A program made the position numbers and the translations under genes. Of a DNA stretch of 64,000 nucleotides, positions 39,350-47,788 are shown piece by piece (position 1 is the stretch's first letter; the number at the start of each line of letters is the position of its first letter). The DNA comes from Candidatus Bathyarchaeota archaeon (GTDB lineage: Archaea; Thermoproteota; Bathyarchaeia; Bathyarchaeales; Bathycorpusculaceae): the NCBI GenBank assembly GCA_963815095.1, contig CAWFFH010000004.1, positions 1 to 64,000 on the forward strand, written 5' to 3'. The notes under the pieces were generated by a model. The model made no database searches. It was given only the letters and a program-made list of their open reading frames with translations, and had not been told where the DNA came from.

Positions 39350-39852
39350 ACGATTTAATCTTCAAATGCAAAAAATGCGGTACTTGCTGCCGAGGTCTTT
39401 TTGTCGAAGAATTTGGCATGTTGCAGGGATTGTGCTTAACTGAAGAAGAGACGAAAGAGTTTGACTCAAAATTCATTATGCCTTACATCGCTATTGGTTA
39501 TAAGGAACCAACAACCATCGTATATTATCAGCTTATCCTTGCGGATTGCCCACATCTAAATGAGAAAAATGAATGCAAAATTTATGAAAAAAGACCCCTA
39601 ATTTGTAGAGTGTTCCCTATTCACCCTGATATTAATCATACCGTAATTCTACCGAAATGCCCTCAAATTGAAAAGCATTGGAGCCGAGAAGGGGAAATTT
39701 GCCCTGTAGCTATTGAGGATGATGAGATAGAAGGCGCTTTAACGAGGTTGAACATCCGTTCCCTAACTCACAGGAAAGAATGTTTAGAGAAGGGTTTGCA
39801 TTTCTGGTATTTTGATTTGGCGACGAAAAAATGGAATTCATCAAATAAATGA
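39346..39852 (+). CDS. YkgJ-family Cys-cluster protein
   Basis: CKKCGTCC, CPHL, CKIYEKRPLICRVFP. Confidence 0.88.
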   Translation: MNDLIFKCKKCGTCCRGLFVEEFGMLQGLCLTEEETKEFDSKFIMPYIAIGYKEPTTIVYYQLILADCPHLNEKNECKIYEKRPLICRVFPIHPDINHTVILPKCPQIEKHWSREGEICPVAIEDDEIEGALTRLNIRSLTHRKECLEKGLHFWYFDLATKKWNSSNK

Positions 39853-39886
39853 GGATAACTTTTTGAATATTCCGCTGAAGCACGTT

Positions 39887-40276
39887 TTAGTCTCTTAGGC
39901 GTTTTTGTGCTTCCTGGCTGACTTGGAAGCTGTAGGTCACGTAGGTATAGTAGCGTACATTGCTGTAATCGGTTGATGAATCTACGTCTTCGCGATTGTA
40001 AGCAGCTAAAATAGTTTCTAATTCGTCTAGTAGCTTTTGCCCTGCCTCTGAGGTTCTAATAGTGGTGAAGCTGGAATCAGGGGCTATTCTCTCTTTTCTA
40101 TATGGCTGGAAGTCTTTGGGGATTGCGGTAACTTCGATTTTTATGGAGCTATAGTGTTCGGTGACTACGCTGACTTTGATTTCAGGGTGCTTTTCGCGGA
40201 TTTCTGCTTTGACTTTTTTGGCGATTTCTTTTAGTGGTAGATGCTTGGTTCCTTGGTATTGTAAGCCTTCAAACAT
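39887..40276 (-). CDS. LPD29-like mobile-element protein
   Basis: AK.VK..I...HP..KVSV....SSI.I...YN....DS.TDY.NV.YY. Confidence 0.6.
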   Translation of the reverse strand: MFEGLQYQGTKHLPLKEIAKKVKAEIREKHPEIKVSVVTEHYSSIKIEVTAIPKDFQPYRKERIAPDSSFTTIRTSEAGQKLLDELETILAAYNREDVDSSTDYSNVRYYTYVTYSFQVSQEAQKRLRD

Positions 40277-40619
40277 TAGAATCTTCTCCGTTTAGTTGCG
40301 GATATTTGCCGTTCTCGTTTGCAATGCAGCTTGGGCATTTGGACATATAATGTAGAAATTTGGAGTGGTCGAATGTAATTACGCAAACTTGGAGTCCCCC
40401 GTTTCCGTCAGGGCTAACTTGATAGTATTTGTCGTCAAGATCAACAACTACTGTTATTTCTTCATGGCTTGTTTCTTCGCTACGTGGAATAACAAGGTCA
40501 AAATCGCCAAATATGCGACTGATATTGGTGAACTTTTTTGTACTTTCACGGTATTGTGGGAAAGATTGGTATTCAGTGAAGAATATCGGTTTATTTATTC
40601 GGTTTTCTGTTTTATTCAT
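40269..40619 (-). CDS. Hypothetical proviral protein
   Basis: ORF coupled to the LPD29-like gene. Confidence 0.55.
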   Translation of the reverse strand: MNKTENRINKPIFFTEYQSFPQYRESTKKFTNISRIFGDFDLVIPRSEETSHEEITVVVDLDDKYYQVSPDGNGGLQVCVITFDHSKFLHYMSKCPSCIANENGKYPQLNGEDSNV

Positions 40620-41063
40620 TTTTTTCGCCTTCTTTTCCCCAGTTAGGCAAGCTAGCTGAGGTTGAAAAGAAACGTAAAACGTGATGACTTCTCTAAGAGT
40701 CTGAAAGTTGTTAGACGTCTGTTGATAACTTTTAGCTTAACTTACTGGAAAAGCATGTTTTTTCTAGGCTAAGCTTGATGAGAGCTTGCTTTGAAAGGGT
40801 ACTTTTTATAAAAATATAAAATAGCTGAGCGTTTTTTCTCTTAAGTTATTTTTTAGCTAAAACGTTATTTCTAGTCTAGCATCTAGGCGCCGAAGAGAGA
40901 TTTTATTGCTAAGCTTAGCTCTAGTCTTTCTAGTAAAAGTTTTTAGAGTTTTTATTAAGCGTTAAAGTATTAAATCTAACTAGTAGACTAGTTCTAGCCT
41001 TAGACTTTCTAAAAAAACTAGCCTTAACGCTTAAGCTTAGTCGCTCTCTTTTTCGCATAATCT

Positions 41064-41080
41064 TACTGTAATTTACAGTA
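41064..41080. promoter_or_regulatory. 17-bp operator, perfect palindrome
   Basis: TACTGTAA-T-TTACAGTA directly before TTATAA. Confidence 0.75.
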
Positions 41081-41155
41081 GTTATAAGCTTTTGTCAGCA
41101 AAACAGGATAAAGATTAAGCGGTAAAACGGGCACATAGCAAGCGGAGACTTGATT

Positions 41156-41305
41156 GTGGAAAGCGACTATAAGTGCAAGAAATGCGGTTTTACGTTCCCC
41201 AAAGAAGGCGCCAACATCAGCGGCGGAGAGAGCTATCTCTACGGGTTCCATGTGCACTGCCCAAAATGCGAAGCAGTTGTAGAGCAGTTTGTTAAGCCTA
41301 ATTAA
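41156..41305 (+). CDS. Zinc-ribbon protein (49 aa, not in the ORF track)
   Basis: MESDYKCKKCG...VHCPKCEAVV. Confidence 0.65.
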   Translation: MESDYKCKKCGFTFPKEGANISGGESYLYGFHVHCPKCEAVVEQFVKPN

Positions 41306-41517
41306 TTTTCATAAAAGTTAAATGTTGAATGCTCAAATCAAAGAGTAGAGGGCGATAACTCAGTTGAGCAACTTAAAACTTAGAGGTAGTTTTAATTCTC
41401 ATCATACTGTTATGCAAATAACGATTCTATTCTGGTTAACTGCCCCGTTTTTTGGGCTAGGTGTTGATGATTTTGCTGGGGGGTATCTGTTGGATCATAA
41501 ACACTTGAGAGATCTGT

Positions 41518-41646
41518 TTGCACGACAATAACGAAGTTGAGCTTGAAATCACCGAGGATTTATACAATAAAATTGAGGATTGCGCAAAATCTAAGGGTTT
41601 AAGTGTTGATGATTTCCTTTCATCTGTTCTTCGACCACCTGGTTGA
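41518..41646 (+). CDS. Possible RHH/CopG-like mini-protein
   Basis: VELEITEDLYNKIEDCAKSKGLSVDDFL; overlaps the 3' end of the convergent gene. Confidence 0.45.
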   Translation: MHDNNEVELEITEDLYNKIEDCAKSKGLSVDDFLSSVLRPPG

Positions 41647-41785
41647 GTTGATAGGTGACGTAACCGGTGAAACTGTTGATGCCTTTTTTTATTAGCCATT
41701 CTTTTTGGGCTTTTTTATACTGGTTCATAAAATAATCGTAGACGTCTTTTTTGACAGTTATGCTCATGTAGCCTTTTTCAGGCAA
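41591..41785 (-). CDS. RHH-like regulator (putative repressor)
   Basis: GYMSITVKKDVYDYF beta-helix pattern. Confidence 0.65.
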   Translation of the reverse strand: MPEKGYMSITVKKDVYDYFMNQYKKAQKEWLIKKGINSFTGYVTYQLNQVVEEQMKGNHQHLNP

Positions 41786-41802
41786 TTATCTCGCTTCCCT
41801 TC

Positions 41803-41951
41803 TACCGTAATTTACTATATAGAAATTTACGTTTAGAGTATTTAAAGAATATTACTTTTTTCTCAAGATATCACGCTCACTACTGTAAGTTACGGTAAAC
41901 CTTATAAAGAAAACTCTCCCAATTAGCAAATAACTACCGTAACTTAAGGTA
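41803..41951. promoter_or_regulatory. Divergent promoter region with three 17-bp operators
   Basis: TACCGTAA-T-TTACTATA (41803), TACTGTAA-G-TTACGGTA (41881), TACCGTAA-C-TTAAGGTA (41935); TATA-like TTTAAA (~41842) and CTTATAAA (~41901). Confidence 0.8.
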
Positions 41952-41981
41952 ATGGAAGAGAGAGAAACGAGGTAAAAAACA

Positions 41982-42164
41982 ATGCCTGTGGAAGGTTTCA
42001 AAACTATAACGGTCAGCCAAGAAGTCTATGATAAAATAGAAAACTTTGCTGAAAAAACACATCGCAGCGTTCCCAAGGCAGTTGAGTTTCTTATGGAAAA
42101 AGCGGATGTAGCCCGTAGACGACAAGAAAAACGAAACGCCCAGGAGAGTCGGACTAACGGTTAA
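41982..42164 (+). CDS. RHH-like regulator (Cro-like position)
   Basis: GFKTITVSQEVYDKIENFAEKTHRSVPKAVEFL. Confidence 0.75.
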   Translation: MPVEGFKTITVSQEVYDKIENFAEKTHRSVPKAVEFLMEKADVARRRQEKRNAQESRTNG

Positions 42165-42295
42165 GCAGGCGAATTCTTGGGGAACAGGTTTGTTGAGGAC
42201 ACCACCTTTAGAGCGGCCAGCTTTAAGCTCGCTTTCATACTCCTCCGCCGTCCTAAACAAGAATTCTGCTTTAAACTTGGAAGGTTGGAACTTTC

Positions 42296-42484
42296 ATGGA
42301 AAAAACCGCTGTTATAGAAGAGAGTAAGGGGTTTTCTCAGCTTTTAGATAGGGTTTGGTGCCCTATTTGTGGCGGAGAATTAGAAGTCAAGAAAATCGAT
42401 GGTAAGCGTATTCTAAATTGTACCAGGGATGGAGCGATGAAGGCTTACCTTGACAAAGACCCAAAAGTTGGAAGTGAGAGTTGA
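42296..42484 (+). CDS. Zinc-ribbon early protein
   Basis: CPICGG...C. Confidence 0.6.
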   Translation: MEKTAVIEESKGFSQLLDRVWCPICGGELEVKKIDGKRILNCTRDGAMKAYLDKDPKVGSES

Positions 42485-42708
42485 TGCCTGAAGAAATTCT
42501 GCTAAAATATGCTGGACAGTCAACGACTAAGCGGAAGGATAAAGAAGGCAACATAATTTCCGTGCATACCGTGCGCCTACAGGACGATAGAAAACACTTT
42601 AAACTAAGCATTAGTAGCGGCGACGAATCGCTCTTTGAGCATTACGATGAAGACTGTGAACTGCCGATTATTCTGGGAAAAAGCAGCCAAACAAAGCTAA
42701 CGGAGTAA
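42481..42708 (+). CDS. Hypothetical early protein
   Basis: Coupled ORF with a QTKL PIP-like tail. Confidence 0.55.
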   Translation: MMPEEILLKYAGQSTTKRKDKEGNIISVHTVRLQDDRKHFKLSISSGDESLFEHYDEDCELPIILGKSSQTKLTE

Positions 42709-42710
42709 TT

Positions 42711-42923
42711 TTGTTGTCGGCGTCCTCTGTTAAGTCTGAGAGTTTGCTTGATTTTCTCAGGCCTCAAAAGCACAAAACACCGAATTCTGGGTCTGAATCG
42801 AGTAAGCTCAGAAAACAGTTTTTTATAAATGCGGAGTGCCGCCAATGCCAATACAAAGGTTCTCAATACTGCTGGAATACTTGTTCCATTAATACTTTGA
42901 AGAAATCGGGAGGCGCCTATTAG
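42711..42923 (+). CDS. Cys-rich hypothetical protein
   Basis: CRQC....C..C. Confidence 0.45.
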   Translation: MLSASSVKSESLLDFLRPQKHKTPNSGSESSKLRKQFFINAECRQCQYKGSQYCWNTCSINTLKKSGGAY

Positions 42924-42924
42924 A

Positions 42925-43290
42925 ATGCCCCGAAAGCCACTTTGGGTTAGGCTGCTGTTAATGCCGTTTCTTTTGCCTCTTGCTGGGGTGGGCTGGGTAA
43001 TGTTCTATTTTGGCTCTAAAAAAACGGAAGCTGTGGGTGGAGTGGATAAGACTTTACCGCCTTGCGCGAGAGGGAGCTTTGACTGCAAAAACTGCCCTAA
43101 GCCCATGGTAGCTCTAAGCGGAAGCGGCGATTTGGCGCCTTGCGATGGAACGATTTATTTCTGCAAGTTTGCCACAGCCAGCACCACGACTCCAGCTTGT
43201 CCTCGGTATAACCTACAAAATTATGCTTGCACGCATGGCGGGGGATCTTGCGTAGGATACAAGAAAAGGAGAAATTACTATGCCTTTTAG
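42925..43290 (+). CDS. TM plus Cys-rich hypothetical protein
   Basis: N-terminal TM helix and multiple Cys. Confidence 0.5.
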   Translation: MPRKPLWVRLLLMPFLLPLAGVGWVMFYFGSKKTEAVGGVDKTLPPCARGSFDCKNCPKPMVALSGSGDLAPCDGTIYFCKFATASTTTPACPRYNLQNYACTHGGGSCVGYKKRRNYYAF

Positions 43291-43513
43291 CATTGACTTT
43301 TCAAAAGATAAACCTACCCAGGACAAATTCAAGCAAGATTTAGGTTTCTGTCCGCGATGCAAAGACCCAATTCAGCCAGAGCATATCGAAGGTTATGCAA
43401 GCCGATCTGTCGACGGAGTGTTGTTCTGCACTCTTTGCGCTTGGCACCTCGAAGGCGATCCAAACGAACGGAAAAAATGGGCAAAATTGGCAAAAGCGGA
43501 GGCTTCTATTTGA
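43280..43513 (+). CDS. Zinc-finger protein
   Basis: CPRC...CTLC. Confidence 0.6.
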   Translation: MPFSIDFSKDKPTQDKFKQDLGFCPRCKDPIQPEHIEGYASRSVDGVLFCTLCAWHLEGDPNERKKWAKLAKAEASI

Positions 43514-45405
43514 TGGCTAGTGAGGAGGGAAAAGTTGGCTTGCATTCTAAGAGCTTTCGCCCACGCAAAGCCGGTGAGGATAGTTGCAAGTCAGTTACTA
43601 CCATAACTGCCGGCGCCAGCTCCCAAATCCTCAAATCTGTTTATGTCAGGTATAGAGACCACGCCTTTTTCAGGAATGTTCAGTCACCCGTAGTTGAAGC
43701 GGTAATTCGGGAAGCGTTGGGCTGGGTTAAAAAAGAGAATGATGAGGTTATGCTTATCGAGTGTGATAGACCTCTTCTGGAGGGCTTCAGTGGCTTTAAT
43801 GGTGTGGTTATTCTTAAAAACTGCATCGTTTCCATGGTTGAGTTGCCGCTGGACCGTTTTTCAAGTGGAACTTTAAATTGTTCGGCTGTTAAAGAGAGAG
43901 TGAGTACTGCGCTTCTAGCCAAAAGAAGCGAAAAACTCACCCCTAAAAACAAGCGGAAGGGGCAAGAATTGATAGAGCGAAAAACGCAACCTATAGTAAT
44001 AGAGCGAAAACGTAACCTCACCGTTGATGACCTAAAAAAACTCAATCTGCCACTGCAATTCCAAGGCAAATTCGTCATTATCGAGAAAACCTTGAACAAC
44101 ATACGACTGCAAAATCCTCTTAGCTTAGAGCTCAGCAAAATCTTAGCAACCGGAGAAACAGGACTCGTAGACTACATCATACGCAGCTGCCTCAACAAGT
44201 ACCCCAACATTATTCCCTACATCTTTGAACATCAAAGCATGGTAAGGATGTCCCGGCACTTTCTACGTTACTGCTGCGGTTCTCTTGAGAGCTGTCCCAC
44301 ATATGCACTGCGATTCAAAAAATATGCTGACTGGCTCGGATACAGCCCTGATTTAATCATCCAAGATGTCAAACCTGTTGGCGCAATTCCCGATCCCCTA
44401 AAAGTGCAAAACCACTGTGGATTCTTAAGCGACTACTTAGCCGCCCTACAAGACAGCGATCTTAAGCCAGGCGCAGTCTGCAACTACATTAAAACAGTCA
44501 AAACCTTCTATCGCACCAATGGAGTAAAAAAAATTGAACTAGACGAACCCTTGAGCCGAAAAGTATCTCACAAAGACAGAGCACCCAAACCCGAGGAACT
44601 CTCGGTAATGCTAGATAAAGCCGCTACCCGTGAAAGCTTTGTCATCGCAGGCGTTGCAACAGGAGGCTTCAGAGAAGGCACCTTTTCCAAACTGAAATAC
44701 CGCCACGTCAAAGAAGACTTAGAAGCCGGACGCGTACCCATCCACATCCATATCGAAGCCAGCATTACCAAGGGTAAATACCACGATTATGATACATTCC
44801 TGAACGCTGAAGCCAGTCATTTCCTCAGATTATACATAGAGGAAAGAAGACAAGGCACCGATGGAATGCCGCCAGAAACAATTACCGACGAATCGCCACT
44901 GGTAAGAAACAGCCACGTCGCAAACAGAGTCTTAGCCGTCAGCGAAAAAACCATCCGAAAAATCGTCCATGACTCCGCTGTCGAAGCAAAGGTCGCAAAA
45001 AAACTACCTAACAGCTGGATGTATAGCGTTAGAACCCATAGCTTAAGAAAATTCTTCAGAACCCAATTAAGCGCGGCAAAAATCGACGACGAAATCATCA
45101 AGTACATGATGGGAAAAACAATCGATACCTACGAAGATGTTCAGAGCTTGGGCATTGAAACCCTTAGAAACCTATATTCAGCCGCAGGATTAGCCATCAG
45201 AGCGAAAACCAAAGTAAACCGCATTGATCAACTCAAAGAAATCATACGCGGCTGGGGAGAAAACCCCGAGGAAATTCTCGCCAAAGATATCTTGATACGT
45301 AGCAATCAGACGGTCGAAACAGACGAACAGATTCAGAACCATCAGTTATCCGTTCTAGCAACCGAACTTAAGCAGATTATCCGCAAGGAGGTTACGGAAA
45401 AATAA
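43513..45405 (+). CDS. Tyrosine recombinase/integrase with an in-frame N-terminal extension
   Basis: GGFREGT (R), TKGK (K), HSLRKFF (HxxR), YMMGK..DTY (Y); plausible starts at 43513 or ~43969. Confidence 0.9.
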   Translation: MASEEGKVGLHSKSFRPRKAGEDSCKSVTTITAGASSQILKSVYVRYRDHAFFRNVQSPVVEAVIREALGWVKKENDEVMLIECDRPLLEGFSGFNGVVILKNCIVSMVELPLDRFSSGTLNCSAVKERVSTALLAKRSEKLTPKNKRKGQELIERKTQPIVIERKRNLTVDDLKKLNLPLQFQGKFVIIEKTLNNIRLQNPLSLELSKILATGETGLVDYIIRSCLNKYPNIIPYIFEHQSMVRMSRHFLRYCCGSLESCPTYALRFKKYADWLGYSPDLIIQDVKPVGAIPDPLKVQNHCGFLSDYLAALQDSDLKPGAVCNYIKTVKTFYRTNGVKKIELDEPLSRKVSHKDRAPKPEELSVMLDKAATRESFVIAGVATGGFREGTFSKLKYRHVKEDLEAGRVPIHIHIEASITKGKYHDYDTFLNAEASHFLRLYIEERRQGTDGMPPETITDESPLVRNSHVANRVLAVSEKTIRKIVHDSAVEAKVAKKLPNSWMYSVRTHSLRKFFRTQLSAAKIDDEIIKYMMGKTIDTYEDVQSLGIETLRNLYSAAGLAIRAKTKVNRIDQLKEIIRGWGENPEEILAKDILIRSNQTVETDEQIQNHQLSVLATELKQIIRKEVTEK

Positions 45406-45440
45406 CCCACAAAAATAGTACTTACGCCCATATAACACTG

Positions 45441-45458
45441 CGAGTCCCTCCGGACCCG
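45441..45458 (+). other. attR-like tRNA 3'-end fragment
   Basis: CGAGTCCCTCCGGACCCG equals T-loop, T-stem and acceptor 3' strand of an archaeal tRNA (Arg-like). Confidence 0.75.
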
Positions 45459-45517
45459 TTGCTGTCCTAAGAATTTATACTGAATAAATCAATAGTACAA
45501 ATGCTCTTGCACAGCAA

Positions 45518-45534
45518 CGAATCCCTCCGGACCG
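45518..45534 (+). other. Second, degenerate att-like tRNA 3'-end fragment
   Basis: CGAATCCCTCCGGACCG, 77 bp after the first copy. Confidence 0.65.
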
Positions 45535-45638
45535 CTCAATTTTCTTCTCACTTGTTATTGCGTTTTGAAGTCACATACAGTAAATAATCAGGTCCCCGTC
45601 TTTTATTTTGAGTTTTTGTTGGATGCAATCTCAGGTTT

Positions 45639-46265
45639 TTGGCGGTTGCTTTGAATAAGAAGGTTTTTTCTCGGTTCCGAAAAGATAGGGAGGAAGCTCT
45701 TACTGACGGCATATTTGCAACGGTCATGACTATTTTAGTGCTTAGTTTGGTGGTGCCTACCGTAACGGGCCCAAACGCTTCTGCAACATTACAAGCCGAC
45801 GTTTACAATCTTATACCAGACCTGCTTGCTTATATTGTTACTTTTGTTTTTCTTGGTGTACTTTGGATAAGCCACCAGAATATGTTTAGTCACATCGAAA
45901 TCATTGATCTTAGAGTTTTATGGATAAACATATTTTTGCTGCTTAGCGTTGCGCTTGCCCCTTTTTCAACTGCGCTTCTTGGCAGATATCCTCTGCAACC
46001 TATCGCGGTCCTTGCTTATGGGGTAAATGCATTGGCAGTTTCAATATTATTTAACATTCTATGGTTCTATCCGCGAATTCAGCACTTGACGCATGAGGAA
46101 CCAAACCAAGAAGTTATTTTAAAAAGGAGTCGAATTGTTATTGTTGGGCCTTTCGCTTATAGTTTAGCTATTATTTTCTCCTTTGTGGCGCCTGTGGTCA
46201 GTTTGGGATTGTATGCTTTTGTGACGGTATTCTACCTTATTTTCGGAGGAAGATATTTCCATTGA
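45639..46265 (+). CDS. TMEM175-family (DUF1211) channel
   Basis: R.EALTDGIFATVMTILVL, W..H, PFST. Confidence 0.9.
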   Translation: MAVALNKKVFSRFRKDREEALTDGIFATVMTILVLSLVVPTVTGPNASATLQADVYNLIPDLLAYIVTFVFLGVLWISHQNMFSHIEIIDLRVLWINIFLLLSVALAPFSTALLGRYPLQPIAVLAYGVNALAVSILFNILWFYPRIQHLTHEEPNQEVILKRSRIVIVGPFAYSLAIIFSFVAPVVSLGLYAFVTVFYLIFGGRYFH

Positions 46266-46374
46266 CAAAATCCGCTTTTGCAATAAACCAAAAAACAGTT
46301 AATCTGTATCTATTGGCTTAGCAAATCTTAAATCTGCCTTCCTTTGCATAAGGAAGTGAGAAGGAAGCGATATC

Positions 46375-47325
46375 ATGGTAGATATACTCTTAGTCTTAGC
46401 AATAGTTGTCCCCTTAATTGTAGTTGTATATGCATTAATTTCGTCTCTGCGAATTGTTAGGCCAACCGAAAAAGGTTTGGTGGAGAGGCTTGGCAAATAC
46501 CGCCGGTTTGTCGAAGGAGGCGTAACATTTCTTTTTCCCTTTATTGATCGCATAATAAAAGTTAACGTTACCGAACGGATGACTCCTGTTCAGCGCCAAG
46601 ATGTGATTACCAAAGACAAAGTTTTCATGGGCGTAGATGCCGTCGTATTTTACAGAATCAAACCAGACGAAGTATCAGTTAAGGCGTCACAGTATGCTGT
46701 CGCAAGTTTTGCTGCTCAAATTGACACTCTTGCACGAACAGTTCTAAGAGACATCATAGGCGGCATGGACATGAGCGTAGCCAACACATCGCGACCCATA
46801 ATCAATGCCAGCCTAAAAACAGCCCTAGACGAGCAGACCGAAAAATGGGGTATCGAAATAGTAAGGGCAGAAATCAAGGACCTTGAACCCCCAAGAGAAC
46901 TCATCATATCAATGGAGTCCGTGCTCAAAGCAGACAACGACCGCCAAGCAGCCGAGAAAACCGCCATAGCACAAGCTACATTGGCAGGAGGACAGAAAAA
47001 CGCAGCGATTCAAGTTGCTGAAGGACAAAAACAAGCGGCGATTCTTCAAGCTGAAGGCCAAAAAACTGCTACAATTGCTATAGCTGAAGGCGACGCCCAA
47101 GCAACCAAACTACGCAACGAAGCATTAACCACCTACTTCAAAGATAGTGCCATAACATTCAAGCAGCTGGATACGATTTCCGCATCATTGCAAAACAATA
47201 CAAAGATAATTGTTCCAGAAGGGAAAGCTATTTCACTGATACTCAATGAGCAGGAGAATCTTACAAAAGCAACCATCCTCCCAATACCCCCACCGCCGAC
47301 TCAGAAAAGCAGCAAACAAATGTAA
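46375..47325 (+). CDS. SPFH/stomatin-like protein
   Basis: GLVERLGKY, QDVITKD, WGIEIVRAEIKD, AEGQKQAAIL repeats. Confidence 0.92.
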   Translation: MVDILLVLAIVVPLIVVVYALISSLRIVRPTEKGLVERLGKYRRFVEGGVTFLFPFIDRIIKVNVTERMTPVQRQDVITKDKVFMGVDAVVFYRIKPDEVSVKASQYAVASFAAQIDTLARTVLRDIIGGMDMSVANTSRPIINASLKTALDEQTEKWGIEIVRAEIKDLEPPRELIISMESVLKADNDRQAAEKTAIAQATLAGGQKNAAIQVAEGQKQAAILQAEGQKTATIAIAEGDAQATKLRNEALTTYFKDSAITFKQLDTISASLQNNTKIIVPEGKAISLILNEQENLTKATILPIPPPPTQKSSKQM

Positions 47326-47357
47326 AACCGCTAAATACGGCTTTTTTTAGAAGCCTT

Positions 47358-47774
47358 TTACTCTTTTTGTTTTTTAACGTAATCTTTTATCATTTCTTCA
47401 TGTTCAAAAGCCAAGGGCTGGGGAAGATCGTTCAAGCTAAAGAGCTGTATTTCTTGGACTTCGCTATCTTGCTTTTTGATTTCTCCGCCTACAGGTTTTA
47501 GTAAAAAACATGTAGGGTAATACTCGTATTCGATGTCATCTTTGACACCTTTTTCAACATATTCGCCAACCTTGTTCATAATTGCTACGTCGAGTCCTGT
47601 TTCCTCCTTAACTTCCCTAATAATGGTTTGTTCGACGGTTTCGCCAGGGTCCATTCTACCCCCCGGCAACGCCCAGTAACCAACGAATGGACGAGTGTTA
47701 CGTTTAATCAGCAAAATCTTGTTACTTGGAAACGGTATTATGGCGGTTGAGGTTTTACCAGTATACTTTTTCAA
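47358..47774 (-). CDS. Nudix hydrolase
   Basis: GGRMDPGETVEQTIIREVKEETG Nudix box. Confidence 0.93.
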   Translation of the reverse strand: MKKYTGKTSTAIIPFPSNKILLIKRNTRPFVGYWALPGGRMDPGETVEQTIIREVKEETGLDVAIMNKVGEYVEKGVKDDIEYEYYPTCFLLKPVGGEIKKQDSEVQEIQLFSLNDLPQPLAFEHEEMIKDYVKKQKE

Positions 47775-47788
47775 TTTTTAAGCGCCCA

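Larger units (their letters stand above)
1..45458. mobile_element. Large integrated island/provirus mosaic; left end lies outside the window
   Basis: Tyrosine integrase ends at 45405, followed by a tRNA 3'-end fragment at 45441-45458; viral structural genes, an IS and accessory genes lie to the left and housekeeping genes to the right. The left boundary is not visible. Confidence 0.6.

Noticed and set aside
43357-43512. ORF-track N-terminus of the 682-aa integrase
   Set aside because: Overlaps the 43280-43513 zinc-finger gene in another frame; the coupled ATG at 43513 is more plausible
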